Part shown: in pieces, positions 38,107 through 48,461 of the stretch
Numbering within the stretch: position 1 is the stretch's first letter
How the letters are laid out: each line of letters opens with the position of its first letter
Assembly (NCBI GenBank): GCA_025363555.1
Contig: JANYDQ010000157.1
Span: 2,247 to 66,246 of the forward strand
From: Bacteroidota bacterium
GTDB lineage: Bacteria; Bacteroidota; Bacteroidia; 2-12-FULL-35-15
Direction of reading: 5' to 3'
DNA length: 64,000 bases
The notes under the pieces: model-generated
Seen by the model: the letters and a program-made list of their open reading frames with translations, nothing else
What the model was told of the DNA's origin: nothing
Database searches by the model: none
Made by a program: the position numbers and the translations under genes

Positions 38107-38132
38107 TTCGCAAATAAATAAAACAATTCAAA

Positions 38133-40727
38133 ATGAAAAAACATATTTCAATAACACTCTTCCTTATCATTTATTCCGGAGCATCTGCACAGGATATGAA
38201 GATGAAAGAAATAAAGGAACAACAGCAGCCTGTAACCTACACCTGTCTAATGCATCCTGAAATACACGCTGCAAAACCAGGCAAATGCCCTAAATGCGGG
38301 ATGACTTTGGTAAAGGAAAAAACAAAGGCAGTAAAACAACCTGCCAAAGAAAACCCCAACGATGGTGTAATGAAAGCACCAGCAAAGGATTCTGTAAAAA
38401 AAACAGAAAATAAAATGGGCGAAATGAATATGGACGATATGGGAAATAGGCAAATGAAGGATATGGAAAAGCCAAAAGCTGAACCTATGAAAACAATAGT
38501 AAATAAAACGCCTCTGCATAGCGTTCGTTACGATTTATACATAAGGGATACCACGGTAAATTTTTCCGGCAAAACAAAAAGAGCTATTGCTGTGAACGGA
38601 CAAATACCTATGCCAACCCTTACTTTTACGGAAGGCGATACAGCAGAAATATATGTACACAATCAATTAAAGGAAGAAACAGCGATGCACTGGCACGGTA
38701 TATTTTTACCCAATCAATACGATGGTGTGCCTAACCTTACCCAAATGCCAATAAAACCGCATACCACGCATTTGTATAAATTTCCAATTATACAGCACGG
38801 CACGCATTGGTATCACAGTCATTCGGGCTTGCAGGAACAAATAGGTATGTATGGTTCCTTTATAATGAATAAAAGGGAAGAACTGGCTATACCTACAATT
38901 CCAATTATTTTAAGTGAATGGACGGATATGAATCCAAAAAATGTACACCGTATGCTGCATAATGCCACCGATTGGTTCGCTATTAAAAAAGGAACAACAC
39001 AAAGTTATGCCGAGGCAATAAAAAAAGGTTATTTGAAAACCAAATTAACCAACGAATGGAAACGAATGAATGCAATGGATGTAAGCGATGTGTTTTATGA
39101 TAAATTTTTAATCAATGGTAAAAATCAAAACGAACAACCACAATTTAAAGCTGGCGATAAGGTAAGGTTACGAATAGCAAACGGTGGTGCATCAGATTAT
39201 TTCTGGCTTACGTATGCCGGCAGCAAAATTACAGTAGTAGCAAGTGACGGCAATGATGTGGAGCCGGTGGATGTGGATAGATTACTGATTGCGGTTTCCG
39301 AAACGTATGATGTAATAGTTACCATTCCTGAAAATATGAGTTATGAATTTTTGGTTACGCCTGAAGACCGCACCAAATCAGCTTCGCTATGGCTGGGGAG
39401 CGGAATGAAAATGCGGGCAACTCCCTTACCCAAATTAAAATATTTTGAAGGTATGAAAATGATGAACAGTATGATGAAGATGAACGGAGATTTGGATGAT
39501 ATGGGAATGCAAATGAGCCTGAACAAAATGGATATGAACTCCGTGATGTACCCTGAAATAACAGGTGAGGAACAACCCGGAAAGAAAAGTAAGGATGGCA
39601 ATATGAATATGGGTGATATGAAAATGCAGGATATGAAAATGAATGTGAGGGATACCAATCATTATGCTAAAGAAGGCGATCAGCACGAACTTGTTACTTT
39701 GAATTACGGAATGCTGAAATCGCCTGCTAAAACAAACCTGCCGAAAGACGCGCCTGTAAAGGAAATAAGTTTTGAACTTACCGGGAATATGAACCGATAT
39801 GTGTGGAGCATGGATAATAAAGTAATTTCAGAAGCAGATAAAATTTTAATTAAGAAAGGGGAAAATGTACGTATCATCCTTCATAATAACTCTATGATGC
39901 GCCACCCAATGCATCTGCACGGGCACGATTTCCGTTTGTTAAACGGGGAAGGAGATTATGCACCATTGAAAAACATTGTGGATATTATGCCTATGGAAAC
40001 AGACACCCTGGAATTTAATGCCAATGTATATGGCGATTGGTTTTTTCATTGCCACATTCTTTACCATATGATGAGCGGAATGGGCAGGGTATTTACTTAT
40101 GAAAACCAACCTGCCAATCCTGAAATACCCAACCCGAAATTAGCACAACGAAAACTATTTGCAGATGATAGAAAATTTCATTTTATGACAAAGGTTGGTA
40201 TTGAAACTAATGGCAGCGATGGTGAAGCTATGTTTGCTCAAACCCGCTGGAAAGTTAGCACGCTATGGCATTTGGGATATCACGATGAACACGGATACGA
40301 AAGTGAAACAATGATAGGGAGGTACTTTGGAAAAATGCAATGGCTGTATCCTTATGTTGGTTTTGATTATCATTATAAACGAGTAACCGGCCCACACGAA
40401 GTTCAGAACATTTTCCGGGGCGAGCAGACCAACTGGTTAGGTCAAACGAGCAATAAAAATAACCGTCATACGGCAGTGGTGGGCGTGGTCTATATACTGC
40501 CTATGCTGTTTGTAATAGATGGCAGGATGGACGGGGACGGAAAGTTCAGGTTACAATTAAGCCGCGAAGATATACCTGTTACCAAACGCCTGCGTTTCGG
40601 GGTTATGATAAATACAGACAAAGAATATATGGCTGGTTTCAGGTACATTGCTACACAATACCTGAGTTTAGGAACCCACTATGACAGTGATATGGGATGG
40701 GGCGGTGGTGTAACTTTTACTTACTAA
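38133..40727 (+). CDS. Multicopper oxidase (CopA/PcoA-like) with N-terminal HMBD and C-terminal beta-rich extension
   Basis: All four Cu motifs: HWHG, WYHSH, HPMHLHGH, HCHILYHMMSGM; YTCLMHP..CPKCGM; Met-rich inserts. Confidence 0.93.
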   Translation: MKKHISITLFLIIYSGASAQDMKMKEIKEQQQPVTYTCLMHPEIHAAKPGKCPKCGMTLVKEKTKAVKQPAKENPNDGVMKAPAKDSVKKTENKMGEMNMDDMGNRQMKDMEKPKAEPMKTIVNKTPLHSVRYDLYIRDTTVNFSGKTKRAIAVNGQIPMPTLTFTEGDTAEIYVHNQLKEETAMHWHGIFLPNQYDGVPNLTQMPIKPHTTHLYKFPIIQHGTHWYHSHSGLQEQIGMYGSFIMNKREELAIPTIPIILSEWTDMNPKNVHRMLHNATDWFAIKKGTTQSYAEAIKKGYLKTKLTNEWKRMNAMDVSDVFYDKFLINGKNQNEQPQFKAGDKVRLRIANGGASDYFWLTYAGSKITVVASDGNDVEPVDVDRLLIAVSETYDVIVTIPENMSYEFLVTPEDRTKSASLWLGSGMKMRATPLPKLKYFEGMKMMNSMMKMNGDLDDMGMQMSLNKMDMNSVMYPEITGEEQPGKKSKDGNMNMGDMKMQDMKMNVRDTNHYAKEGDQHELVTLNYGMLKSPAKTNLPKDAPVKEISFELTGNMNRYVWSMDNKVISEADKILIKKGENVRIILHNNSMMRHPMHLHGHDFRLLNGEGDYAPLKNIVDIMPMETDTLEFNANVYGDWFFHCHILYHMMSGMGRVFTYENQPANPEIPNPKLAQRKLFADDRKFHFMTKVGIETNGSDGEAMFAQTRWKVSTLWHLGYHDEHGYESETMIGRYFGKMQWLYPYVGFDYHYKRVTGPHEVQNIFRGEQTNWLGQTSNKNNRHTAVVGVVYILPMLFVIDGRMDGDGKFRLQLSREDIPVTKRLRFGVMINTDKEYMAGFRYIATQYLSLGTHYDSDMGWGGGVTFTY

Positions 40728-41120
40728 GTTTGAAATTTAAATTAATATTAGGTGAAAATTTAGAATACTGGCGCTTGGATATGAATTTAGTTGGCGTTAC
40801 ATTTTGATAAAACGTTTATCTGTTTGGGCAAGTTACAATTCTCGCTTTGGTGGCTGGTTCACTTTTTCTTATTAGGATTGACACTGTTTGTAATATCATT
40901 TAAAAGTAAAATAAGATTGATTTACATCGTTTAGCCGAACAAACTCCTTTCTCCGTAAATAGTTTGGTCGAAAGTTTTTTGCTTTTTTGCCTAACCATCC
41001 CCATGCCTCAAAACCAATTTGTCCTTTATTAGCTTTCAAAAAACATTTATTAACAATTGAAGTTTACCGCCATTGCCTTGTAAAAATTCCTACTTTTGTG
41101 AGGGAAATTTTAAAAAATAA

Positions 41121-42674
41121 ATGAGCGATTTAAAAAAGATTAAAAATGCACTGATATCAGTGTATTACAAGGATAATTTGGAAGTGGTGGTACGTCAGTT
41201 GAATTTGCTGGGGGTGAAAATATACAGTACCGGGGGAACGCAGGAATTTATTGAAAAGCTGGGTGTTGCCGTAATTCCTGTGGAATCCTTAACTTCTTAT
41301 CCTTCTATTTTGGGAGGAAGAGTAAAAACTCTGCACCCTAAAGTTTTTGGTGGAATATTGAGCAGACGGGAATTACAGATCGATATTGACCAGATGGAAG
41401 AATACGAAATTCCTGAAATAGATTTAGTAATAGTGGACTTATATCCTTTTGAAGAAACTGTTAAATCAGGGGCATCCGAACAATCTATTATTGAGAAAAT
41501 TGATATTGGGGGAATTTCGTTGATTCGTGCCGCAGCCAAAAATTTCAATGATGTAGTAATTATTCCCTCTAAAAACGAATACAAATTTCTGCACGATACC
41601 ATTTTAGTGGATCAAAAAGGTTCATCGACCGCTGAAGACAGGAAAAAGTTGGCGGGAAAAGCATTTAATGTTTCTTCGCATTACGATACTGCCATTTTTA
41701 ATTACTTTAACGGTAACGATTCTGTTGCTTTCAAACACAGTATTCAAAATGCAAGTGTATTGCGTTATGGAGAAAATCCTCATCAAAAGGGGGTTTTTTA
41801 TGGTAACCTGGAAGAAATGTTTACCAAGATAAGCGGAAAGGAATTGTCGTATAATAACCTGCTGGATGTGGATGCAGCAGTAAGCCTGATAGCTGAATTC
41901 TCTCCTGCTCTGGGGGGTAAGACCGGAGAGGGGTTCACCTTTGCCATTCTTAAACATAACAACGCATGTGGAATTGCAACTCGACCCACACTGGTGGATG
42001 CATGGAAAGGCGCATTGGCAGGAGACCCCACCAGTGCATTCGGGGGAGTATTAATTGTCAATACCACGGTGGACGAAGCAACTGCAACAGAAATAAATAA
42101 ATTATTTTTCGAAGTTATTATTGCTCCTGCCTATCAAGAAAAGGCTTTGAAAATATTGAAAACAAAACCAAACAGAATTATTCTAATTCAAAAGAAAGTT
42201 AAACTTACGCCTAAATCTTTCCGAACTTTATTGAATGGTGTAATTGAGCAGGAGAAAGATTCGAAAACGGAAACAGATGCCGATATGCAAACGGTTACCA
42301 AAACTTCTCCAACTGCTGATGAGAAGCGAGATTTGGAGTTTGCAAACAAAATTGTGAAACACACCAAATCAAATACCATTGTACTTGCAAAAAACAACCA
42401 GTTACTTGCAAGCGGTGTAGGGCAAACATCAAGGGTAGATGCACTGGAACAAGCAGTTGCGAAGGCAAAGAAATTCGGATTCGACCTGCAAGGCTCAGTA
42501 ATGGCTTCTGATGCATTTTTTCCATTCCCGGATTGTGTAGAAATAGCCCATAATGCAGGGATTACGGCTGTAATTCAACCGGGAGGTTCCATTAAAGATA
42601 AAGATTCTGTTGCCTATTGTGATGCAAACGGAATATCAATGGTAATGACCGGAACCAGGCATTTTAAACATTAA
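41121..42674 (+). CDS. purH: Bifunctional AICAR formyltransferase/IMP cyclohydrolase
   Basis: ALISV, STGGT, GGRVKTLHP, IDIGG..L.RAAAKN, LRYGENPHQ, KHNNACG, ASDAFFPFPD, TG.RHFKH; TACTTTTG promoter element at 41091-41098. Confidence 0.98.
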   Translation: MSDLKKIKNALISVYYKDNLEVVVRQLNLLGVKIYSTGGTQEFIEKLGVAVIPVESLTSYPSILGGRVKTLHPKVFGGILSRRELQIDIDQMEEYEIPEIDLVIVDLYPFEETVKSGASEQSIIEKIDIGGISLIRAAAKNFNDVVIIPSKNEYKFLHDTILVDQKGSSTAEDRKKLAGKAFNVSSHYDTAIFNYFNGNDSVAFKHSIQNASVLRYGENPHQKGVFYGNLEEMFTKISGKELSYNNLLDVDAAVSLIAEFSPALGGKTGEGFTFAILKHNNACGIATRPTLVDAWKGALAGDPTSAFGGVLIVNTTVDEATATEINKLFFEVIIAPAYQEKALKILKTKPNRIILIQKKVKLTPKSFRTLLNGVIEQEKDSKTETDADMQTVTKTSPTADEKRDLEFANKIVKHTKSNTIVLAKNNQLLASGVGQTSRVDALEQAVAKAKKFGFDLQGSVMASDAFFPFPDCVEIAHNAGITAVIQPGGSIKDKDSVAYCDANGISMVMTGTRHFKH

Positions 42675-42734
42675 TGATAAGTTAATAGAAAGAACGAATT
42701 TACGAATAACAAATTAGATATTAGAACTTAAAGT

Positions 42735-43757
42735 ATGGGATTATTTAGTTTTTTAACACAGGAAATTGCGATTGACTTAGGAACAGCCAATACGCTGATT
42801 ATATATAATGACAAAGTAGTGGTGGATGAACCTTCTATTGTGGCAGTGGATAGAACCACCGGCAAGATTATAGCTGTAGGCAAACAAGCACAGCAAATGC
42901 ATGGAAAAACGCACGAAAACATAAAAACCATTCGTCCGCTGAAAGATGGTGTAATTGCCGATTTTAGCGCTGCCGAACACATGATACGCGGAATGATAAA
43001 AATGATAAACCCCGGAAGACGTTTGTTTACGCCTTCTTTAAAGGTTGTTATTTGTATCCCATCCGGAATAACGGAAGTGGAGAAACGTGCGGTAAGAGAT
43101 AGTGCTGAACGTGCAGGTGGCAAAGAAGTATATTTGATTCATGAACCAATGGCTGCTGCAATTGGCATCGGCATCGATGTGGAAGAACCGATGGGCAATA
43201 TGATTATTGACATTGGAGGTGGAACCAGCGAAATTGCAGTAATTGCACTTGGCGGTATCGTATGTGATAAATCAATCCGTATTGCGGGAGATGAATTTAC
43301 TTCAAACATTGAAGAATACATGCGCAGACAGCATAACATCCTGATTGGTGAGCGTTCGGCTGAACGTGTAAAGATTGAAGTAGGTGCTGCAATGACAGAA
43401 ATAGACAATCCCCCGCCTGATTATGCGGTGCATGGAAGGGATTTGATGACCGGGATTCCAAAAGAAATTTATGTGTCGTACACCGAAATTGCTCATGCGC
43501 TGGATAAATCCATATCAAAAGTGGAAGAAGCTATTTTAAATGCGCTGGAAATGACTCCTCCCGAACTTTCCGCAGATATTTTCCGTACAGGCATTTATCT
43601 AGCCGGAGGAGGTTCAATGCTTCGAGGATTAGATAAACGCATTTCTTTAAAAACAAAATTACCTGTACACATTGCTGAAGACCCGCTTCGTGCTGTTGCT
43701 CGCGGAACCGGTATTGCCCTTAAAAATGTTGGAAAATTCCCTTTCCTGATGAGATAA
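42735..43757 (+). CDS. mreB: Rod shape-determining protein MreB
   Basis: IAIDLGTANT, IRPLKDGVIADF, EPMAAAIG, DIGGGTSE, LAGGGSMLRGLD. Confidence 0.98.
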   Translation: MGLFSFLTQEIAIDLGTANTLIIYNDKVVVDEPSIVAVDRTTGKIIAVGKQAQQMHGKTHENIKTIRPLKDGVIADFSAAEHMIRGMIKMINPGRRLFTPSLKVVICIPSGITEVEKRAVRDSAERAGGKEVYLIHEPMAAAIGIGIDVEEPMGNMIIDIGGGTSEIAVIALGGIVCDKSIRIAGDEFTSNIEEYMRRQHNILIGERSAERVKIEVGAAMTEIDNPPPDYAVHGRDLMTGIPKEIYVSYTEIAHALDKSISKVEEAILNALEMTPPELSADIFRTGIYLAGGGSMLRGLDKRISLKTKLPVHIAEDPLRAVARGTGIALKNVGKFPFLMR

Positions 43758-43903
43758 TCTAAATTAAGAAATTAGAGAAATGGAGAAATAGAGCTTGATT
43801 ACGATGAGGGATAGGTGGGATTATTTTTTTCAGCAACCAGTTTACACATGAATAACTCAACGATTCTTAGGCTCTCCAACTCACCAACTCACTAATTGTA
43901 AAA

Positions 43904-44749
43904 ATGCGCAGCCTTTTTTTATTTATTTTGAGAAATTATTTTTTATTTCTCTTTCTATTATTGGAAGCTTTTTGCATTTATTTAGTTGTTCAAAACAACT
44001 ATTATCAACGTGCAAATTTTATTAATTCCTCCAATGGCATTTCTGCTAATATTTTAGCAGCAAGCCATGATGTTAATCAATACTTTTTATTGAAAGATGC
44101 TAACGAAAAACTGTTAAAAGAGAATGCCGAATTGCGGGGAAAAACACTTGCTTCGTTTTCTGTTTTAGTGAATGATGAATACACGGTAAAGGATACTACT
44201 TATCACCAAAAATATACTTTTACAAGTGCTAAGGTGGTAAAAAACTCAACAAATCTGCGCAATAATTATCTTACGCTTGACAAAGGTTCAAAACAGGGAA
44301 TTAAAAACAATATGTCGGTTATCACAAGTTCCGGAGTAGTAGGACAGGTGAAAGATGTCTCTGCCAACTTCTGTACGGTAATGTCGTTGCTTAACAGTAA
44401 AACCACAATCAGTTCGAAGATAAAAAAAGATGGCTCTTACGGACCTTTGATGTGGGATGTGAGTGATGATTACAGTATTGCAACACTTCATGATATTCCC
44501 ACTCATGTGAGGCTCATTACCGGAGATACAATTGTAACGTCTGCATATTCAACCACTTTTCCCGAAAATATAATGATTGGAACAGTAGAAAGTTTTGTTC
44601 AAAAAACAGGCGAATTTTTTTATACAGTAAAAGTAAAATTATCAACGGATTTCAAAAAACTTTCTCATGTTTATATCGTTAATAATATTCTGAAAGAGGA
44701 ACAGGAAGAGTTGGAAAAAAAATCAGAATCGGATACTAAAAATAAATAA
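43904..44749 (+). CDS. mreC: Rod shape-determining protein MreC
   Basis: N-terminal TM, coiled coil (L.KENAEL), LDKGS..GI, GVVG.V, GDTIVTS; follows mreB. Confidence 0.93.
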   Translation: MRSLFLFILRNYFLFLFLLLEAFCIYLVVQNNYYQRANFINSSNGISANILAASHDVNQYFLLKDANEKLLKENAELRGKTLASFSVLVNDEYTVKDTTYHQKYTFTSAKVVKNSTNLRNNYLTLDKGSKQGIKNNMSVITSSGVVGQVKDVSANFCTVMSLLNSKTTISSKIKKDGSYGPLMWDVSDDYSIATLHDIPTHVRLITGDTIVTSAYSTTFPENIMIGTVESFVQKTGEFFYTVKVKLSTDFKKLSHVYIVNNILKEEQEELEKKSESDTKNK

Positions 44750-44755
44750 TAAATA

Positions 44756-45274
44756 GTGCTAACTACCCTTATAAAAAATTTTATTCGTTTTATTGTACTT
44801 GTTTTGGTGCAGGTGCTGATAATTAAAAACATTGAATTAGGAAGGTTTATCAATCCTTTTTTATATGTACTTTTTATTATTGTATTGCCTTTTGAAACTC
44901 CAAAATGGGTATTAATTTTAAGCGGATTTATTTTGGGTATTACAGTAGATATGTTTTATGATACCATGGGAATGCATGCAGCAGCAGCAGTATTTATGGC
45001 TTACATCAGACCAAGTATATTGAATTTGTTTTCGCCAAGGGAAGGATACGAATTCGGAACTCAGCCAACCATACAGTATTTAGGAGTACCCTGGTTTATT
45101 TCTTATTCAGGAATATTAATTGTATTGCACCATTTTGTTTTGTTTTACCTGGAAGTATTTCGTTTTTCCGAATTCTTTTATACTCTGTTAAGAGTTCTTC
45201 TTAGTTCTGTTTTTACACTCCTTTTAGTAGTGATAACCCAGTATCTTTTTCACAATAAAAAAGAGACAGAATGA
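44756..45274 (+). CDS. mreD: Rod shape-determining protein MreD
   Basis: Hydrophobic; P.LY.LFI..LP, GF.LG..VD.F..T.G.HAAA; lies between mreC and mrdA. Confidence 0.9.
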   Translation: MLTTLIKNFIRFIVLVLVQVLIIKNIELGRFINPFLYVLFIIVLPFETPKWVLILSGFILGITVDMFYDTMGMHAAAAVFMAYIRPSILNLFSPREGYEFGTQPTIQYLGVPWFISYSGILIVLHHFVLFYLEVFRFSEFFYTLLRVLLSSVFTLLLVVITQYLFHNKKETE

Positions 45275-47133
45275 ATCCATTATCCGAAAGAAGATTTATT
45301 ATTATAGGCGTATTTGTTCTGGTCGGATTAGTATTCATTGCTCGCTTATTTTATATCCAGGTAATTGATGATACCTATAAACTTGATGCCCGTAACCAGG
45401 CTTTTCGCTATACAACAGAGTTTCCCGTTCGCGGATATATATTTGACCGGAAACATAAATTGCTTGTTTATAATGAAGCCGCTTATGATTTAATGGTTAC
45501 TCCCAAAGAAGTAAAAGAGCTGGACACAACTGATTTTTGTAAATTACTTGACATTACTAAAGATGAATTTTTAAAGAAAATGAAAAAAGCAGTTCAGGCG
45601 CCCAATTCTCCAAGAAAGCCTTCTGTGTTTGAAAAACAATTATCACCCCAGGATTATGCTGCGTTGCAGGAACGTTTATATAGATTTCATGGTTTTTTTG
45701 TTCAATCAAGAACGTTGAGAAAATATCCAATGAAGATTGCCGCTAATATGTTAGGGTATATTGGCGAAGCGGATAAGGACATGACCGAAAGAGACCCTTA
45801 TTATAATGAAGGTGATTATCTCGGAGTTAGCGGTGTGGAAAAAACATACGAAAAAGTGTTGCGAGGAAAAAAAGGGATGCATATATTAATGGTGGACGTT
45901 AATAATAGTCCCAAAGGAAGTTATATGAATGGATTGTACGATACTGCTGCCAAACCTGGTTTATCGTTAGAATCCACTCTTGATGCGGATTTGCAACTAT
46001 ATGGTGAACAACTGATGCAAAACAAGGTTGGGAGTATAGTTGCCATTGAACCTCAAACAGGTGAGATACTCGCATTGGTAACAAGCCCTTCTTATGACCC
46101 TAATTTATTAGTTGGGAGAGCGCGAAATAAAAATTTCTCTAAACTTTATTTAGATACCATCCGTGTTCCTTTATTTAATCGTGCTACGATGGCATCCTAT
46201 CCTCCCGGTTCTACTTTCAAATTAGTGGAATCATTAATCGGACAGCAGGAAGGTGTGTTAACTCCTGAAACCAGGTACCCATGTTCTGCAGGTTATGCCC
46301 CACTTGGAGGACATCCTAAATGTGAAGTTCATCCTTCTCCGTTAGCTTTGTACGATGCAATTGGTTATTCCTGCAACTCCTATTTTTCCTATGTGTTTAA
46401 AAGCATTATTGAAAACAAAAAATATCACGATACCTATGTAGCGTTTGAAGCATGGAGAAACATTGCGTTGAGTTTTAATATCGGGAGAAAAACTAACTCC
46501 GATTTAGCCAATGAATTAAGAGGAAATATTCCTTCCATAAAATATTACGACAGGATATTTGGCAAAGGTGTATGGAAAGCATCTACTGTGATTTCCTTAG
46601 GAATAGGACAAGCGGAAATGGGTATTACGCCTTTGCAAAATGCCAACGTGGCTACTATTATTTCTAACAAGGGCTGGTATTATACTCCCCATATAGTAAA
46701 AGCAATAAATGATAATCCTAATGATACCATTTTGAATCGTTTTAAAGTAAAGCATTATACTGCGATTAATGACACGTTAATTTATAATAATGTGATTGAA
46801 GGAATGAGTCATGTAACAGAAAGCGGAACGGCACACTTGCTGAAAATTGAAGGGGTAGAATATTGCGCTAAAACAGGAACTGCTCAAAACCCGCATGGGC
46901 ATGACCATTCTGTATTTGTTGCCTTCGCACCCAAAAACAATCCGAAAATTGCCATTGCTGTATTGGTTGAAAATGCAGGGTGGGGTGCTTCCTGGGCAGG
47001 ACCCATTGCCACCTTAATGATGGAAAAATATTTGAATGGAAAAGTAGTGCGAAAAGAATTGGAGAAAACGATGATGGACGCTAACTTAATTGATAATAAT
47101 AAAACAACAGAGGTTAAAAAGAAGAAAAAGTAA
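45271..47133 (+). CDS. mrdA: Penicillin-binding protein 2
   Basis: RG.IFDR, YPPGSTFK (SxxK), SCN (SxN), KTGTAQ. Confidence 0.95.
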   Translation: MNPLSERRFIIIGVFVLVGLVFIARLFYIQVIDDTYKLDARNQAFRYTTEFPVRGYIFDRKHKLLVYNEAAYDLMVTPKEVKELDTTDFCKLLDITKDEFLKKMKKAVQAPNSPRKPSVFEKQLSPQDYAALQERLYRFHGFFVQSRTLRKYPMKIAANMLGYIGEADKDMTERDPYYNEGDYLGVSGVEKTYEKVLRGKKGMHILMVDVNNSPKGSYMNGLYDTAAKPGLSLESTLDADLQLYGEQLMQNKVGSIVAIEPQTGEILALVTSPSYDPNLLVGRARNKNFSKLYLDTIRVPLFNRATMASYPPGSTFKLVESLIGQQEGVLTPETRYPCSAGYAPLGGHPKCEVHPSPLALYDAIGYSCNSYFSYVFKSIIENKKYHDTYVAFEAWRNIALSFNIGRKTNSDLANELRGNIPSIKYYDRIFGKGVWKASTVISLGIGQAEMGITPLQNANVATIISNKGWYYTPHIVKAINDNPNDTILNRFKVKHYTAINDTLIYNNVIEGMSHVTESGTAHLLKIEGVEYCAKTGTAQNPHGHDHSVFVAFAPKNNPKIAIAVLVENAGWGASWAGPIATLMMEKYLNGKVVRKELEKTMMDANLIDNNKTTEVKKKKK

Positions 47134-47142
47134 AACATACCA

Positions 47143-48414
47143 TTGGAAAGAAAACAAAGCAATAATATTTTTAGTGATGTAGATTGGGTAACCGTATTGC
47201 TATACCTTCTATTGATAACAATGGGCTGGTTAAATATTTATTCGGCAGTGTATAACGAGGACCACCATGTAATTACCGATATGACGCAAAAATATGGTAA
47301 ACAAATGCTCTGGATAGGCACTTCGTTATTAATTGCTTTAATTATTTTAATTATTGATGAGAAATTTTACACTGCATTTGCTTATCTGATATACGGAATT
47401 TTTCTTATTGCCTGCATCGCTGTTCCTTTTCTGGGAAGGGAAGTAAAAGGAAGTCGCTCTTGGTTCAGGTTTGGCGATTTCGGAATCCAACCTGCAGAGT
47501 TTATGAAGTTCGCTGCTAATTTAGCCATTGCAAAATTTTTAAGTAACCAACATATTAAAATTGCTGATTACAGGAATACAATTATCACACTTATGATTAT
47601 AGGCGTTCCGCTCCTAGTCATAAAAATACTACAGGACGAAACAGGATTAGCCATTGTCTTCGTTGCTTTTATTTTTACATTATACAGGGAAGGGCTATCT
47701 GTAAACTATTTGTTATTGGGTTTTTTGGCAATCGTTTTATTTATTTTAGCATTACTGGTGAACAATATTTATTTATTTTTAATCATCCTTTCATTATGTG
47801 TTGTCGCTACTTTATTTATCAGACGCACCCGTAAAAATTTATTTGCTATTGCTTTAGTAGGGTTGATTGCATGCGGAATGGTAAAAGGAACAAGCACTGT
47901 GTACGAACACATGGAAGCCCATCAAAAAATACGTATTGACGTATTACTGGGGAGAGGAACTGTCAATTTAAAAAAAGAAGGGTATAATGTAAATCAGGCA
48001 AAAATTGCAATTGGTTCAGGGGGTTTTGCAGGTAAGGGTTATTTAAACGGAACACAAACCAAATATGATTTTGTTCCGGAACAGGATACTGATTTCATTT
48101 TTTGTACTGTGGGTGAAGAGTGGGGATTTATAGGTAGCTCGGTTGTAATCCTTTTGGAACTTGCTTTAATTTTAAAAGTAATATTTATGGGAGAACGACA
48201 ACGTTCTGCATTCAGCCGTATTTATGGATATGGAGTAGCTTCTGTTTTGTTTTTCCATTTAACAGTAAATGTTGGTATGACAATCGGGTTAGCTCCTGTT
48301 ATTGGTATTCCCTTACCATTCTTTAGTTATGGCGGTTCTTCACTTTGGTCGTTTACTATTTTACTATTCATCTTTATTAAACTCGATTCGCACCGTTTGT
48401 CAATATTGAGATAG
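47143..48414 (+). CDS. rodA: Rod shape-determining protein RodA (SEDS)
   Basis: IQPAEFMK, AIGSGG..GKG, PEQDTDFIF..GEE.GF, GIPLPFFSYGGSS. Confidence 0.96.
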   Translation: MERKQSNNIFSDVDWVTVLLYLLLITMGWLNIYSAVYNEDHHVITDMTQKYGKQMLWIGTSLLIALIILIIDEKFYTAFAYLIYGIFLIACIAVPFLGREVKGSRSWFRFGDFGIQPAEFMKFAANLAIAKFLSNQHIKIADYRNTIITLMIIGVPLLVIKILQDETGLAIVFVAFIFTLYREGLSVNYLLLGFLAIVLFILALLVNNIYLFLIILSLCVVATLFIRRTRKNLFAIALVGLIACGMVKGTSTVYEHMEAHQKIRIDVLLGRGTVNLKKEGYNVNQAKIAIGSGGFAGKGYLNGTQTKYDFVPEQDTDFIFCTVGEEWGFIGSSVVILLELALILKVIFMGERQRSAFSRIYGYGVASVLFFHLTVNVGMTIGLAPVIGIPLPFFSYGGSSLWSFTILLFIFIKLDSHRLSILR

Positions 48415-48461
48415 ATTATGTTAATCATGAGTAATTCAATAAATCAATATCTTTGACTTCA

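Noticed and set aside
40740..40920. Possible attC-like or att site at the right end of the island (TTAGTTGGCGTTAC...)
   Set aside because: No matching inverse core or direct-repeat partner was found at the left boundary, and no integrase is present.
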